From Nitrosopumilus sp. (lineage in GTDB: Archaea; Thermoproteota; Nitrososphaeria; Nitrososphaerales; Nitrosopumilaceae), in contig OZ245003.1 of assembly GCA_965223425.1 (NCBI GenBank), positions 2,272,001-2,336,000 on the forward strand: DNA of 64,000 bases, in the 5' to 3' direction. This document shows, one piece after another, positions 20,745-30,520 of this stretch. Position 1 is the stretch's first letter. The number at the start of each line of letters is the position of its first letter. A model generated the notes under the pieces. It was given only the letters and a program-made list of their open reading frames with translations, ran no database searches and was not told where the DNA came from. The translations under genes were made by a program, and so were the position numbers.

Positions 20745-21850
20745 TAGTCTAGAGCAAAAGTTCTTGAGATCAAATATGTTAGACAGAAATACATTTTGAT
20801 CACGCCGCACCACGCATTGCAATGCCCACAGTAAAATCCGAAGACCTGAAGAAAGCGTACAGGAGGGAGAAGAACCCTCGTGTCAAGATCAGAATGGCGG
20901 CCGTAAACATGGTGTGCATGAACAATGAAAGCATTCAACATGTGGCAGACTCGCTCATGCAGTGCCCCAACTGGGTGTCCTTCTGGGTGGAACGCTTCAA
21001 GGAGGAGAAGGGCGGCATAGACGCCCTCCGGGATCTTCCAAAGACAGGCAGGCCGCCAAAGGTTCGGTTGGACAAGATTGCAAGGGTTGTATCAGATGCA
21101 AACAGCAGCGGCATTATTACGCCAAAAAGACTCAAAAGCGACATACAAAAAAGATTCAAAGTAAAATACCACATAACCAGCATCAGAAAGATAATGCACA
21201 AGCTTGGAATGTCTGCCAAGACGGCTCAGCGCATCCACATCAGCAGGGCAGAAATTGACAAAATCAAAAGGTGGCAACACAATGCAAAAAGGCGGATTTC
21301 ACGCCTGGAATTGAAGGGTTTTACAACTGTCGTTTTTGACGAATCGATATTCATCGACGATCCTGCAAGTGGCGCAAAGTACTGGTCACCAAAAGGGGAG
21401 CCAATCACAACGACATACAAGGGACGGCACGGCAGGGTGGTGGCATACGGCTCCATTGCGACAGACGGCAGGCAGTTCTTTAGGACATATGACAGGTTTG
21501 ACAAGGAGACGGTTCTGCAATACATCAGGGAGATGACAAGTCATTTTGGCAAAGTGACAATCATCATGGACAACGCGCCGCAGCACAAGGCAAGGATTGT
21601 AAAAGAGTTTCTTGCAGGCAACCCCGATGTCAGGACAATATGGCTTCCGACTGCAACGCCTGAGCTCAGTGTAGTTGAGGAGTACTGGCATCAGGCAAAA
21701 CGGGACGTGTCGGTATCTGAATATTACGCTACGGTTGTGCACATGCGCCATGCAATGTCAGAATATTTCAGGACAGCCCGTCCCAAGCTTGATGCGATGA
21801 AGTTTATCTGTAGAAGGTCGCTCACTCTCAAAAACTTTTGATTGACACTA
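20745..21850 (+). mobile_element. IS630-family element, copy A1 (1106 bp)
   Basis: Imperfect TIRs TAGTCTAGAGCAAAAGTTCTTGAGA / TAGTGTCAATCAAAAGTTTTTGAGA. TA duplicated at 20743-20744 and 21851-21852. Near-identical to 52574-53679. Confidence 0.95.
20822..21841 (+). CDS. IS630 transposase
   Basis: HTH + GRPPK; DDE motifs FDESIF, MDNAPQH, PELSVVEEYW. Confidence 0.95.
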   Translation: MPTVKSEDLKKAYRREKNPRVKIRMAAVNMVCMNNESIQHVADSLMQCPNWVSFWVERFKEEKGGIDALRDLPKTGRPPKVRLDKIARVVSDANSSGIITPKRLKSDIQKRFKVKYHITSIRKIMHKLGMSAKTAQRIHISRAEIDKIKRWQHNAKRRISRLELKGFTTVVFDESIFIDDPASGAKYWSPKGEPITTTYKGRHGRVVAYGSIATDGRQFFRTYDRFDKETVLQYIREMTSHFGKVTIIMDNAPQHKARIVKEFLAGNPDVRTIWLPTATPELSVVEEYWHQAKRDVSVSEYYATVVHMRHAMSEYFRTARPKLDAMKFICRRSLTLKNF

Positions 21851-22789
21851 TAGGGTTGAAAGAAGACACTCACAATATGAAGAGGCTGTCCATGTTATGT
21901 TATCATGAATTACGTAACTATGACATTTTATCAACATACAAACTAAATGCAATATCAAGAGCTGCAGGCACATTATCAAACAGAAAACAATCAGTCAAAC
22001 GAGGTGTCAGAATAAGAGACCCAATAGTCAAAAATCCCTTTATGACAAACTGTTACGGCATAAAACACAACGGTGCACTACTAACAATCCCATACAAGAA
22101 ACATAACCCAATCAACATTTTACTCAACGATCACACCCAAAAAATCCTGTCTGATCCCGCCTTGACGGTGCGCTCGTTTTCACTGACTGCCCTCAACATC
22201 AGTCTTTGTGTTTCAAAAAAAGTACAAGAGATAGAGTGCACCAAGAAAGTTGGAATAGACAGAAACCTAAGAAATGTGACGTGTGGGAACGAGGAAGAGG
22301 TGACAGTCTACAAGACAAACAAGCTGCTATCCATAAAGGAGAACACAATACACGCCAGGGCAGGCTTCCACAGAAATGACCGCAGGAAGAAAAATCAGTT
22401 CTACAAGGAAAAACAGAGAAGACTGACTGACAGAGCAAAGCAGTACATCCACAGAATCTCAAAGGATATAGTAGACAACGCAGTCAAAAACAAGACTGCA
22501 ATCGTCATGGAAAACCTGAAAGGAATAAGAAAATTGTACCGAAAAGGAAATGGTCAGGGCAACAAGTACAGGCGCAGATTGAACGGGTGGCAATTCTACG
22601 AGCTGCAACGCCAAATAGAATACAAAGCCCGATGGGTCGGGCTCCCTCCAGTCGAGACAGTAGACCCAAGAAACACGAGCACGCAGTGTCCGCAATGCGG
22701 AAAGAGACTCCAAGAGGACATGCAACAGCATCGTAAACTGTCGTGTAATAATTGCGGTTTGTTTATGGACAGGGATATTGTCGCTGCCA

Positions 22790-22969
22790 TGAACAACATA
22801 TCACGCAAGCTGCCCCCTAGGTTTAGGGGCAGTAGAGATGACATATGTGAAGCGCAGTCCGGCACTTTTGAGCCGGCGATGACGGAATCCGGCACACCAT
22901 TGGTAATCCGAATAGTCGATATGTCAAAGTCGAGTTATAGGGGTTAACTCCCGATAACTTCACAGAACC
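22790..22969 (+). ncRNA. Predicted omegaRNA (reRNA) scaffold overlapping tnpB 3' end
   Basis: About 55 codons extend beyond the RuvC-III motif up to the element end, with GC hairpin CTGCCCCCT-AGGTTT-AGGGGCAG at 22810-22832. The position matches known TnpB omegaRNAs; this is inference. Confidence 0.5.
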
Positions 22970-23006
22970 CAGAAATCGTTTAATGCAGTATTCACGATTT
23001 TATAGC

Positions 23007-23555
23007 ATGTCAATAGTGATTACCGGAAGTCCGGGAGTTGGAAAGCATACCATAACACAGGAAATTGCTGAAAAACTCAGATTGCCCGTAATTGACATTA
23101 ATAGTGTGGCAAAAGATGCCGGATTATTTGAGAAAAATGGCGATACAAACGAGGTTGATACTTCAAAATTAGGAAAAATTCTTGAACAGGAAACTTTGGA
23201 GAAATGTGTGATTGTCGGGCATTTGGCACCTTATGTTTTAGACAAAAACAAAATAAAAATAATGATTGTTTTGAGACGAAGTCCTTATGACTTGATTCCC
23301 ATATATGAGAAGAGAGGATACACGGACAAAAAAATCACAGAGAATACCGGCAGCGAGATACTAGGCATAATTGCACATGATTCATCAAGTAAATTTCAAG
23401 AAAAAGTGTTTCAGGTAAACACCAGTGAAAAAAGTATTCCAGAAGCAGTGGAAAAGGTAATGACTGTAATCTCCACCCACAAGGGCGGCGAAGAGGTAGA
23501 CTGGCTTGACTTGGTTACAAAAAACAGTGACTTGAAAAAATTTTTTGCTGATTGA
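23007..23555 (+). CDS. Adenylate kinase 6/Fap7-like P-loop kinase
   Basis: ITGSPGVGKHT P-loop, IVGHLA, RGYTDKKITEN..EILG. Confidence 0.85.
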   Translation: MSIVITGSPGVGKHTITQEIAEKLRLPVIDINSVAKDAGLFEKNGDTNEVDTSKLGKILEQETLEKCVIVGHLAPYVLDKNKIKIMIVLRRSPYDLIPIYEKRGYTDKKITENTGSEILGIIAHDSSSKFQEKVFQVNTSEKSIPEAVEKVMTVISTHKGGEEVDWLDLVTKNSDLKKFFAD

Positions 23556-23568
23556 TTAAATAACGCCC

Positions 23569-25098
23569 TTGATTTTTGGTAGTTACTTGTTTGAAATTTC
23601 CAAAACAGACCTGGCAGGAAGAATCGGTACTCTCCACACCAACCATGGAAAGATTGAAACGCCGGCATATGTTCCTGTTATTCATCCAGTAAAACAAACA
23701 ATCCCATCAAAAAAAATTCAATCCATAGGTTTTGATCTAGTAATTACAAATGCATACATTACAAGAAATAATTTTGGCGATGAGGCTGTAAAAAAAGGAA
23801 TTCATAAAATCATAGATTTTGACGGTGCAGTCATGACAGATTCTGGGGGTTATCAAGTTCTAGAATACGGAGATCTCAAGGTGCTGCCGCCAGAGATGGC
23901 AGATTTTGAAAAAGGAATCCTGACTGATTTTGCAATTCCGCTTGACAAACCAACGGGATTCGGGCTGCCATTAGAAAAAGCAGAGGCATACGTCAATCAC
24001 ACTCTCAAAGTTTCAAAACAAACACTTGACAACAGCAAAGACAATGGTCAGATCTGGATTGGCCCGATTCAGGGCGGAGAACATTTTGAGCTTGTCGCAA
24101 AATCAACGAAGAAGCTGGTAGATGCCGGTTTTCAGATGCTAGCTTTGGGAAGTCCAGTCGAATTCATGGAGTCATACGAGTACAGGCTGCTGGCACAGAT
24201 GATTGTGGCTGCAAAAAAACAGATGCCTCATTCTATTCCCTTACATCTCTTTGGGGCAGGACATCCTCTGACAATACCACTTGCAGTAGCTTTGGGATGC
24301 GACACATTTGACTCTGCATCATACATGCTTTATGCCAAACATTTGAGATACATCACAGGTGATGGCACGCGCCACCTAGCAGACATTACCGTATTTCCAT
24401 GTAATTGTGAAGTATGCTCAAAATATGCGCCAGACGAGCTGCGTCAGCTAGAGACTGCTGAAAAAATCAATCAGCTGGCAATCCATAATCTCTATGCAAT
24501 CAAACTGGAAGTGGACAAAGTAAAGCAGGCAATCTATGAAGGAAGATTGTGGGAATACGTAATGAAAAAGGCACGAGCCCACCCTAGGCTGTTTGAAATG
24601 ATTGAAGTGATGACAAGCAACCACGAATTTCTTGGTGCCACTACGCCAAAATTCAAAGAAAGGGCCATTTTTCTCTATGACAAAGAGGATCAGTTTCGTC
24701 CAGAGGTTCAAACGTATCACAACATGGTTAGAAAATTCAAATCAACAAAAAAGAAACTTCTCATTACCAAAGAGTCAGGTACAAAGCCAGGATACTTGTC
24801 CCATGAATATGCCGTACTGGAAAAAAAATTCAAGGATTTTGACTCGATACAAACGTGCCAATACAATCCACAAATGGGATTAATTCCAATTGAAATTTCA
24901 GACATCTTTCCAGCTGCGCACCATGAGACTGCTAGGATGGGTTTTGAGCCAAAAGAATTTCCTGCATTTGAGGAGACATGGAGGCGCTTCTTTGACAACA
25001 ACAAGTTTTCAGAGATTCATTATGATAAAAAAGACAAATTCTTGAAGCATTTTATAAAAACACTGCCAAAGGGCATCAAGAGAAAATCTTTTTCGTAA
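23569..25098 (+). CDS. tgtA: Archaeosine tRNA-guanine(15) transglycosylase
   Basis: ETPAYVPV, MTDSGGYQ, GPIQGG, HLFGAGHP, GCDTFDSASY, zinc site CNCEVC...HNL. Confidence 0.96.
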   Translation: MIFGSYLFEISKTDLAGRIGTLHTNHGKIETPAYVPVIHPVKQTIPSKKIQSIGFDLVITNAYITRNNFGDEAVKKGIHKIIDFDGAVMTDSGGYQVLEYGDLKVLPPEMADFEKGILTDFAIPLDKPTGFGLPLEKAEAYVNHTLKVSKQTLDNSKDNGQIWIGPIQGGEHFELVAKSTKKLVDAGFQMLALGSPVEFMESYEYRLLAQMIVAAKKQMPHSIPLHLFGAGHPLTIPLAVALGCDTFDSASYMLYAKHLRYITGDGTRHLADITVFPCNCEVCSKYAPDELRQLETAEKINQLAIHNLYAIKLEVDKVKQAIYEGRLWEYVMKKARAHPRLFEMIEVMTSNHEFLGATTPKFKERAIFLYDKEDQFRPEVQTYHNMVRKFKSTKKKLLITKESGTKPGYLSHEYAVLEKKFKDFDSIQTCQYNPQMGLIPIEISDIFPAAHHETARMGFEPKEFPAFEETWRRFFDNNKFSEIHYDKKDKFLKHFIKTLPKGIKRKSFS

Positions 25099-25136
25099 TC
25101 AAAAATAAGAAAAAAGAATGTGCTAAAAGACTCAGC

Positions 25137-25439
25137 TTATAGTGCTGCGTCTTCTGCCCAACCTTTGATGAAGACGCCGTTTTTGTGAAGAGGTACTGGT
25201 TGTCCAGCAGTGTAATTCATTGGTCTCATCCAGAAGATTGATTTTGTTGGACATACGCCGATGCATGCACCATCAGAAATACATCTTTCTGGATAAAATA
25301 CAAATGCTTTACCTCTCTTCCAGCCTTCAACTGGTTTTACTCTAAGGACATCCGGACCAAGAGTTGTACAGATTTCTACACATAGTGCACATCCGATACA
25401 TCTTTGTTCGTCAATGTCTGGAAGTATTGCTATTGGCAT
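25137..25439 (-). CDS. 4Fe-4S dicluster ferredoxin
   Basis: CIGCALCVEIC and CISDGACIGVCP. Confidence 0.93.
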   Translation of the reverse strand: MPIAILPDIDEQRCIGCALCVEICTTLGPDVLRVKPVEGWKRGKAFVFYPERCISDGACIGVCPTKSIFWMRPMNYTAGQPVPLHKNGVFIKGWAEDAAL

Positions 25440-25577
25440 TACAGAATCAATACTGCCTGATGACTATTTAAACCATGATTGAAATTCATAACCCTGTTAT
25501 GAAACTGATCGAGCTAAAGCGTGCGCAAAAGGGCGGTTAAAAAAATAAAAAACAAAAAGATAACGTGTTTTGCACGT

Positions 25578-25790
25578 TTATTTTCTCATTGCGTCTATTT
25601 GACCGGAGGTAACCCAGTCAAGTAATTCTGCAGAAGAAGGATTTAGATCTGCTTTCTGATTCATCAGATTGTTAACCCAAATCCAGTTAATTTGGTTAAG
25701 GAGTGGTTTGTTTGCTTCGTCACCAGCACGTGTTTTAGCGACGACGGCTTGATCTTGTTGTCCTAACCATTCTTGGAAGCTTCTTCCCAT
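25578..25790 (-). CDS. Small hypothetical protein
   Basis: 70-aa ORF with a TATA-like TTTAATTA upstream. Confidence 0.75.
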   Translation of the reverse strand: MGRSFQEWLGQQDQAVVAKTRAGDEANKPLLNQINWIWVNNLMNQKADLNPSSAELLDWVTSGQIDAMRK

Positions 25791-25902
25791 GAGGATCGGA
25801 TCTTAGCTTACACTAATTAAAGCTTTTGTAGATTCTATAATAGGCACAATGATTAGCCGACTTTAAGAAGGTTTTAACGTCGCTGAAAATTCATCTTAAT
25901 TC

Positions 25903-27168
25903 TTGGATGTCAAGGTTTTAGGAGCTGCAAACGAGGTTGGCAGATCTGGTTTTTTGGTCAATTGTAATGGAACAAAGCTCCTGCTTGATTATGGGGTATT
26001 GTTTGGTAAAAGGGGAACGCCCCCGCAATATCCACTTCATGTTAAACCAAAAGATTTGGATGCAGTCATAATAACTCATGCTCATCTGGATCATTCAGGT
26101 AACGTTCCATCTCTTTTTGTTAGCGGAAATACTGATGTTTATGCCACACCGCCAACCTTTGATCTCTCAAAGTTATTGATAGAAGACATGCTAAAAATTG
26201 AAAAGAACTCACATCCGTTTGATCTGCCCGAAGTAAACAACATGATGAAAAATGCCAAGGAGATTGGGTTTAAACAGAGGATTGCCAAGGGAAGCGCGAC
26301 TTTGGAATTAAGGGAGTCAGGCCACGTAATTGGAGGGAGTACCGTTTTGGTAGAGTCAGAAAAGAAGCGTCTTTTCTATACCGGCGATGTTAAAACAAAC
26401 GGCTCGAGGATGCTGCGCGAGATGGATTTGGATGTGGGGGAGATTGACTTGCTAATTACGGAGAGCACGTATGCTAAAACAGAACAGAAGCCAAGAAAAG
26501 AGTCTGAGAGGGAATTAATAGAGTTTGCAAATGAGGTAATGGATAGAAAAGGAATATTGTTTATTCCGTCATTTTCAGTGGAACGCTCTCAGGAGATGGC
26601 CTGCATACTAAAGAGTGCAAATTTCAAACACAAAATCATCATGGACGGAATGGCACTCAAGGTAAATGAGATAATGTTTAGGCATCCAGAATACCTAAGG
26701 GATCCAAAAACATTTTCAGATGCAATCAACGGGGCAACTGCAATTAGGGGGCACTCTGAGCGAAAACGTGCGATGGGCAAACCGTGCGTTGTAATATCGC
26801 CGGCTGGAATGCTGGTTGGAGGCAACGCAGTATACTATTTGCAACAGCTGGCATTTGACGCCAAGAATGGCATTGCACTGGTATCATACCAAGGAGAGGG
26901 AACTCCGGGCAAAAAACTACTAGAAACGGGAACAGTTTCAACCAGAGGAAAGGATCTCAACGTTACAGCAGAGGTAAAACAGTTTGAGTTTTCAGGACAT
27001 GCAGATAGAAACGAGCTGTTTGATATGATCAAAAAAATCAGAGGAGATCCCAAAGTGCTGACAGTTCACGGGGACTCTGAATCATGCAGCATGTTTGCCC
27101 AGGAAATTCACGAAAAATTCGGTTTGGAGGCATGTGCCCCGGCAGTTAATGAGACAACAACTGTGTAA
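25903..27168 (+). CDS. Metallo-beta-lactamase beta-CASP ribonuclease
   Basis: GAANEVGRS, THAHLDHSG, GHVIG, YTGD, TESTY, FSGHAD, VHGD. Confidence 0.93.
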   Translation: MDVKVLGAANEVGRSGFLVNCNGTKLLLDYGVLFGKRGTPPQYPLHVKPKDLDAVIITHAHLDHSGNVPSLFVSGNTDVYATPPTFDLSKLLIEDMLKIEKNSHPFDLPEVNNMMKNAKEIGFKQRIAKGSATLELRESGHVIGGSTVLVESEKKRLFYTGDVKTNGSRMLREMDLDVGEIDLLITESTYAKTEQKPRKESERELIEFANEVMDRKGILFIPSFSVERSQEMACILKSANFKHKIIMDGMALKVNEIMFRHPEYLRDPKTFSDAINGATAIRGHSERKRAMGKPCVVISPAGMLVGGNAVYYLQQLAFDAKNGIALVSYQGEGTPGKKLLETGTVSTRGKDLNVTAEVKQFEFSGHADRNELFDMIKKIRGDPKVLTVHGDSESCSMFAQEIHEKFGLEACAPAVNETTTV

Positions 27169-27169
27169 A

Positions 27170-28027
27170 ATGCAAGATAATTACGTTGCCGCTGCCGCTG
27201 CCATAAACGTAGGGGATTCAATTAACAGCGGCCAGGTATTCTTATGGAAAAAAGATGATAATTTTTGGTATGGGATAGACGGTCAAAATGTGCTCAGAAT
27301 CAGCAGCTCGGGGGAGATCAGGTCGCACCGAAATACCAAGACAGATTTTTTGAGAAAAGATGACGACATGGAAAAAATAATCAGATCAATCTCAAGGGAC
27401 AAGACTACGAGCAGGGCTGTAAAAAAATATCCGGGACTTCGGCTGCTCAGACAAGATCCTTTCCAATGCCTGATCTCTTTTATTGTTTCCTCAAACTCCA
27501 ATATTCAAAAAATCAAGATAAATTTGGAAAAGCTGTCAAAAAAATTTGGGGAGAGAGTCGAGTTTGACAACCAAGAGTTTTTTTTGTTTCCAAAACCAGG
27601 AAGACTTGCACGGGCCCCCGCACGTGAAATTCTAAAATGTGGGATTGGGTATCGCTCAAAGTTTGTCAGACAGGCGGCAAAAATGATTGCCTCAAAGAAA
27701 ATAGATTTAGAGAGTTTAAAAAAGATAGGCTATTTTGATGCGAAAAAAAACATTTGCTTGATTCCCGGCGTAGGAAACAAAGTTGCAGACTGCATAATGT
27801 TATTTTCACTAAATAAATTAGAAGCAGTGCCGCTAGACAGATGGATGATTAAAATTTTAGAAAAGTATTATCTTGAAAAATTTGCGTTAGAGACAAAAAC
27901 GATTACAGAAAAACAATATGACATTCTTCATGAAAAAATTGTAAATCATTTTGGGCCATATGCAGGATATGCACAGCAGTTTCTCTTTAAAATGGAAAGA
28001 GACAACTATCAAAAAAAGTGGCTGTAA
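27170..28027 (+). CDS. ogg1: 8-oxoguanine DNA glycosylase (OGG1-type HhH-GPD)
   Basis: NSGQVFLW, LRQDPFQCLISFIVSSNSNI, GIGYR, IPGVGNKVADC, PLDRW, AGYAQQFLF. Confidence 0.9.
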   Translation: MQDNYVAAAAAINVGDSINSGQVFLWKKDDNFWYGIDGQNVLRISSSGEIRSHRNTKTDFLRKDDDMEKIIRSISRDKTTSRAVKKYPGLRLLRQDPFQCLISFIVSSNSNIQKIKINLEKLSKKFGERVEFDNQEFFLFPKPGRLARAPAREILKCGIGYRSKFVRQAAKMIASKKIDLESLKKIGYFDAKKNICLIPGVGNKVADCIMLFSLNKLEAVPLDRWMIKILEKYYLEKFALETKTITEKQYDILHEKIVNHFGPYAGYAQQFLFKMERDNYQKKWL

Positions 28028-28060
28028 ACCCTTAAAATAGTAACTAACTGCTAGGTTTTT

Positions 28061-28135
28061 GGGCCCATAGCTCAGCATGGATAGAGTGTTGGACTTCTAA
28101 TCCAATGGTCAAGGGATCGAAGCCCTTTGGGCCCG
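28061..28135 (+). tRNA. tRNA-Arg(TCT)
   Basis: Acceptor stem GGGCCCA/TGGGCCC, anticodon arm TTGGA-CT TCT AA-TCCAA, T-arm AAGGG-ATCGAAG-CCCTT. No intron; CCA not encoded. Confidence 0.96.
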
Positions 28136-28139
28136 TTTA

Positions 28140-28301
28140 CCTACCTCAAGGTACTACTAGATGTTTTCAGCAGACAGTACCAATACCAGCTTAGATGAGA
28201 TTACAAAAAAAGACATTGTAGAGTTTCTAGACAAGAGAAAAAAGCCAATTGAGGTTGATCCTGAGAAAAAATTGGAGAGGACATAGAATGACTACCTTGC
28301 T
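28140..28301 (+). pseudogene. Tyrosine integrase N-terminal remnant
   Basis: Translates to SLDEITKKDIVEFLDKRKKPIEVDPEKKLERT*NDYL, resembling the N-terminal SAM-like segment of thaumarchaeal integrases. Lies immediately 3' of a tRNA. Confidence 0.55.
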
Positions 28302-28435
28302 TATGGGAGGCGTATCTGGGAAATCGTGATTGGAATGCGCTGCCTACTCATCCTCACATGCGTGGTTCCTGTTATTTTGAACCGTGCCCAGTCTTCGTAC
28401 ATGTCTAACAATAATACCAAGATCTCTTGCTATGT

Positions 28436-29800
28436 CAGTAGTTCCCAGATGTAGATTTGTGCCCAGATGTAGGTTTATGCCCAGATGCCGGTGCGTTACC
28501 GCATATTGCAATGCAAAGATCCAGATTAGGTTACGGTGTGCAAGATGTCATGAGCACTCAAACACACGACGATCTGATCGCACACCAGTACGACATAGCA
28601 TCAAACCGGTTTAAAATCTTGCGCTCGTCGTTTCAAAAGCTTGGCATGCCAATGTCTGAGAGGCACAACGCCGTATACGGATGCAATGACATACTGGACG
28701 TGCTAATCAAGGCGTCTGAGAGAAACACGTTTGTAGAATCCCTCGTACGGCACAACAGGCTTCAAGACACGGGTGCACGTACGCCTGATGCAGACCTGGT
28801 CATGTCTGCAGTCCGTGGCGTCAAACCGGCAGACGTGCAGGCCTGGTGTGCAAGGACGCTGGCACGCACGGTGCGGCACGCCCGCCATACAGGAATGCTG
28901 CAGGACATCGACGCCATTGCAATAGACGTTACGGACATACCATACCATGGAGAGCAGCTGCAGGAGCATACAAGAAAGTCGCGTCCAAGGGCAGGAACAT
29001 CCACGTTTCTCTCGTATGTCGCAGTGCACGGAGTCGGCAGGGACTCCTCGCAGATTGTCCTGGAATCGAAGCTACTACCGGCAAAGGAAAAACTGGCCGA
29101 TTTTATAGCCAAAACACGCACGAAAATCCTCAGAGGGGGCGCACACTCAAAGACTGTGTTCCTGTACGACCGCGCCTTTTACAACGTTGACTGCATGACA
29201 GAGGCAGGAAAGGGCGGGTGCCGCTACATTATGCCTGTCATCATGAACTCCAAGATCAAGAGGATAGTCAAGATGTACAAGGACGGAAAGGCAAGCCAGG
29301 TATCGCAGCAGTCAATGACCAACAAAGACGGCGTAACTGTGACCTACAACCTTGTAATTGTCAAAAGAGACAGGAAGAAGAAGAAAAAGGGGGAGGGGGA
29401 GGGGGAAGAGGAGCAATACATTGCGTTTGCAACAAACATTCCCATCAGGAGCGCCAGAGCCATGACAGGCATCATACCGGAGCAGTACCGCAAGAGATGG
29501 GGCATCGAGACGGGGTTTCGCGTCATAAAGGAGATCATGGGCAGGACATGCAGCAACTCCCTGTCTGTGAGGCTGCTGATGTTTTACCTGCCGCTGCTGC
29601 TGTACAACCTGTGGAGGATTGCCAGGTTCTGCCTTGATGCGGGAAAGAGGCATGGAAGAGTGTCTTCTGCGGGAAAAAAACTCACCATGGCGTTGTTTAT
29701 CGTGTACATTACAAGCAGAAACGAGTTGTTTGTCAATGATCGAGGCAAGTAGAACCGATGCCAGTTGCGGTTGCGGTAAATCTACATCTGGGAACTACTG
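28436..29800 (+). mobile_element. ISH3-family (IS4-like) element A, copy 1
   Basis: 23-bp TIR CAGTAGTTCCCAGATGTAGATTT, 4-bp TSD ATGT, three subterminal CCCAGATG repeats. Confidence 0.92.
28511..29752 (+). CDS. ISH3-family transposase
   Basis: AIDVTDIPYHG, YDRAFY and YRKRWGIETGFR (IS4 YREK motif). Confidence 0.9.
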   Translation: MQRSRLGYGVQDVMSTQTHDDLIAHQYDIASNRFKILRSSFQKLGMPMSERHNAVYGCNDILDVLIKASERNTFVESLVRHNRLQDTGARTPDADLVMSAVRGVKPADVQAWCARTLARTVRHARHTGMLQDIDAIAIDVTDIPYHGEQLQEHTRKSRPRAGTSTFLSYVAVHGVGRDSSQIVLESKLLPAKEKLADFIAKTRTKILRGGAHSKTVFLYDRAFYNVDCMTEAGKGGCRYIMPVIMNSKIKRIVKMYKDGKASQVSQQSMTNKDGVTVTYNLVIVKRDRKKKKKGEGEGEEEQYIAFATNIPIRSARAMTGIIPEQYRKRWGIETGFRVIKEIMGRTCSNSLSVRLLMFYLPLLLYNLWRIARFCLDAGKRHGRVSSAGKKLTMALFIVYITSRNELFVNDRGK

Positions 29801-30520
29801 ATGTGAGGACATTGCTCCATTCTTGCGCTGTCTGATCAGGTATTGTTGGACTTTTCTGCAGTCTTTTTTGCATGATTTTTCGTGATCGGTATAGTCTAAA
29901 ATAGTCCGTTACTGTTCTTCAGATCCTAGGCGGAACTACTTTTCGTACAAGAGAGATATTTCAAGATGTTGAATATGATTTGTTCTAGGTATGTATTGAC
30001 ACAGCAACAAAGAATGAATCAAACACGTATCTATTCTAAGCTTTCCACCAGTATCATCTTCATCCATTCGTTAGGTGAAACTGTAGTTATAGTAATAGAA
30101 GTATATCTCATTTAGTTTGATTCATTGATAGTTTTATTCCAGTCTGAAAATCGTTCATAGAGATTAGCATATGCACCAGTTTTATCTTTCTGCACGGCAT
30201 TCTTATTTGCATTCATTAATTTCTCCAGAAATGTTGTAATTCCATGAGTATTAATTTCTTCCAACTCTTCAATTCGTTTCAACAGGAAGTGTTTTCCAGT
30301 TAACTCTAATTCTCGACCTTCAGTGTGTGTATTCGTTAAAATATCACAATATGTACAATTACATTTTTTTAATTTCAATGCATTTTCAACCTCTTCTACC
30401 CTTGTCAGTGGAATTTTTGAATATAGATATGGTTGATAAAATCTAGTGGTGGAACCCCCACCTCCGGTAGAAAATGGACTTTTGTGTTCTCCATAACAAA
30501 TTGAATGTGAAACTCTAGTA

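Larger units (their letters stand above)
20643..22947 (+). pseudogene. tnpB: TnpB/Cas12f-like RNA-guided endonuclease split by IS630
   Basis: N-part LKAIKSISQKYAPNSDLMDMAATFTKMVNHCIKI (20643-20744) joins in frame to GLKEDTHN... (21853-22947), about 398 aa. RuvC motifs GIDRN, VMENL and DRDIVAAMN and zinc finger CPQC..CNNC are intact. Exact start codon uncertain. Confidence 0.88.
20571..22969 (+). mobile_element. TIR-bounded non-autonomous element carrying only tnpB (interrupted by IS630)
   Basis: 25-bp TIRs at 20571-20595 (GGTTCTGTGAAGTTATCGGGGGTTA) and 22945-22969 match at 24/25. The 8-bp duplication CAGAAATC lies at 20563-20570 and 22970-22977. Length is 1291 bp after removing IS630. Confidence 0.9.
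28302..29949 (-). mobile_element. Truncated IS481-family remnant interrupted by ISH3-A
   Basis: On the reverse strand it begins TGTACGAAAAGTAGTTCCGCCTAGG (29949), matching the IS481 end at 47516. Homology continues on both sides of the ISH3 insertion (29801-29949 and 28302-28435). Confidence 0.75.

Noticed and set aside
20822-22947. IS630 transposase + TnpB as a co-functional two-gene transposon (overlapping TGA/TTG at 21838-21841)
   Set aside because: The IS630 has its own TIRs and TA duplication, splits tnpB in frame, and occurs without tnpB at 52574-53679. The listed TnpB start lies within the IS end.
15827-25098. Cluster of tRNA-modification genes as a novel system
   Set aside because: These are ordinary archaeal housekeeping genes (taw1, KEOPS, tgtA).
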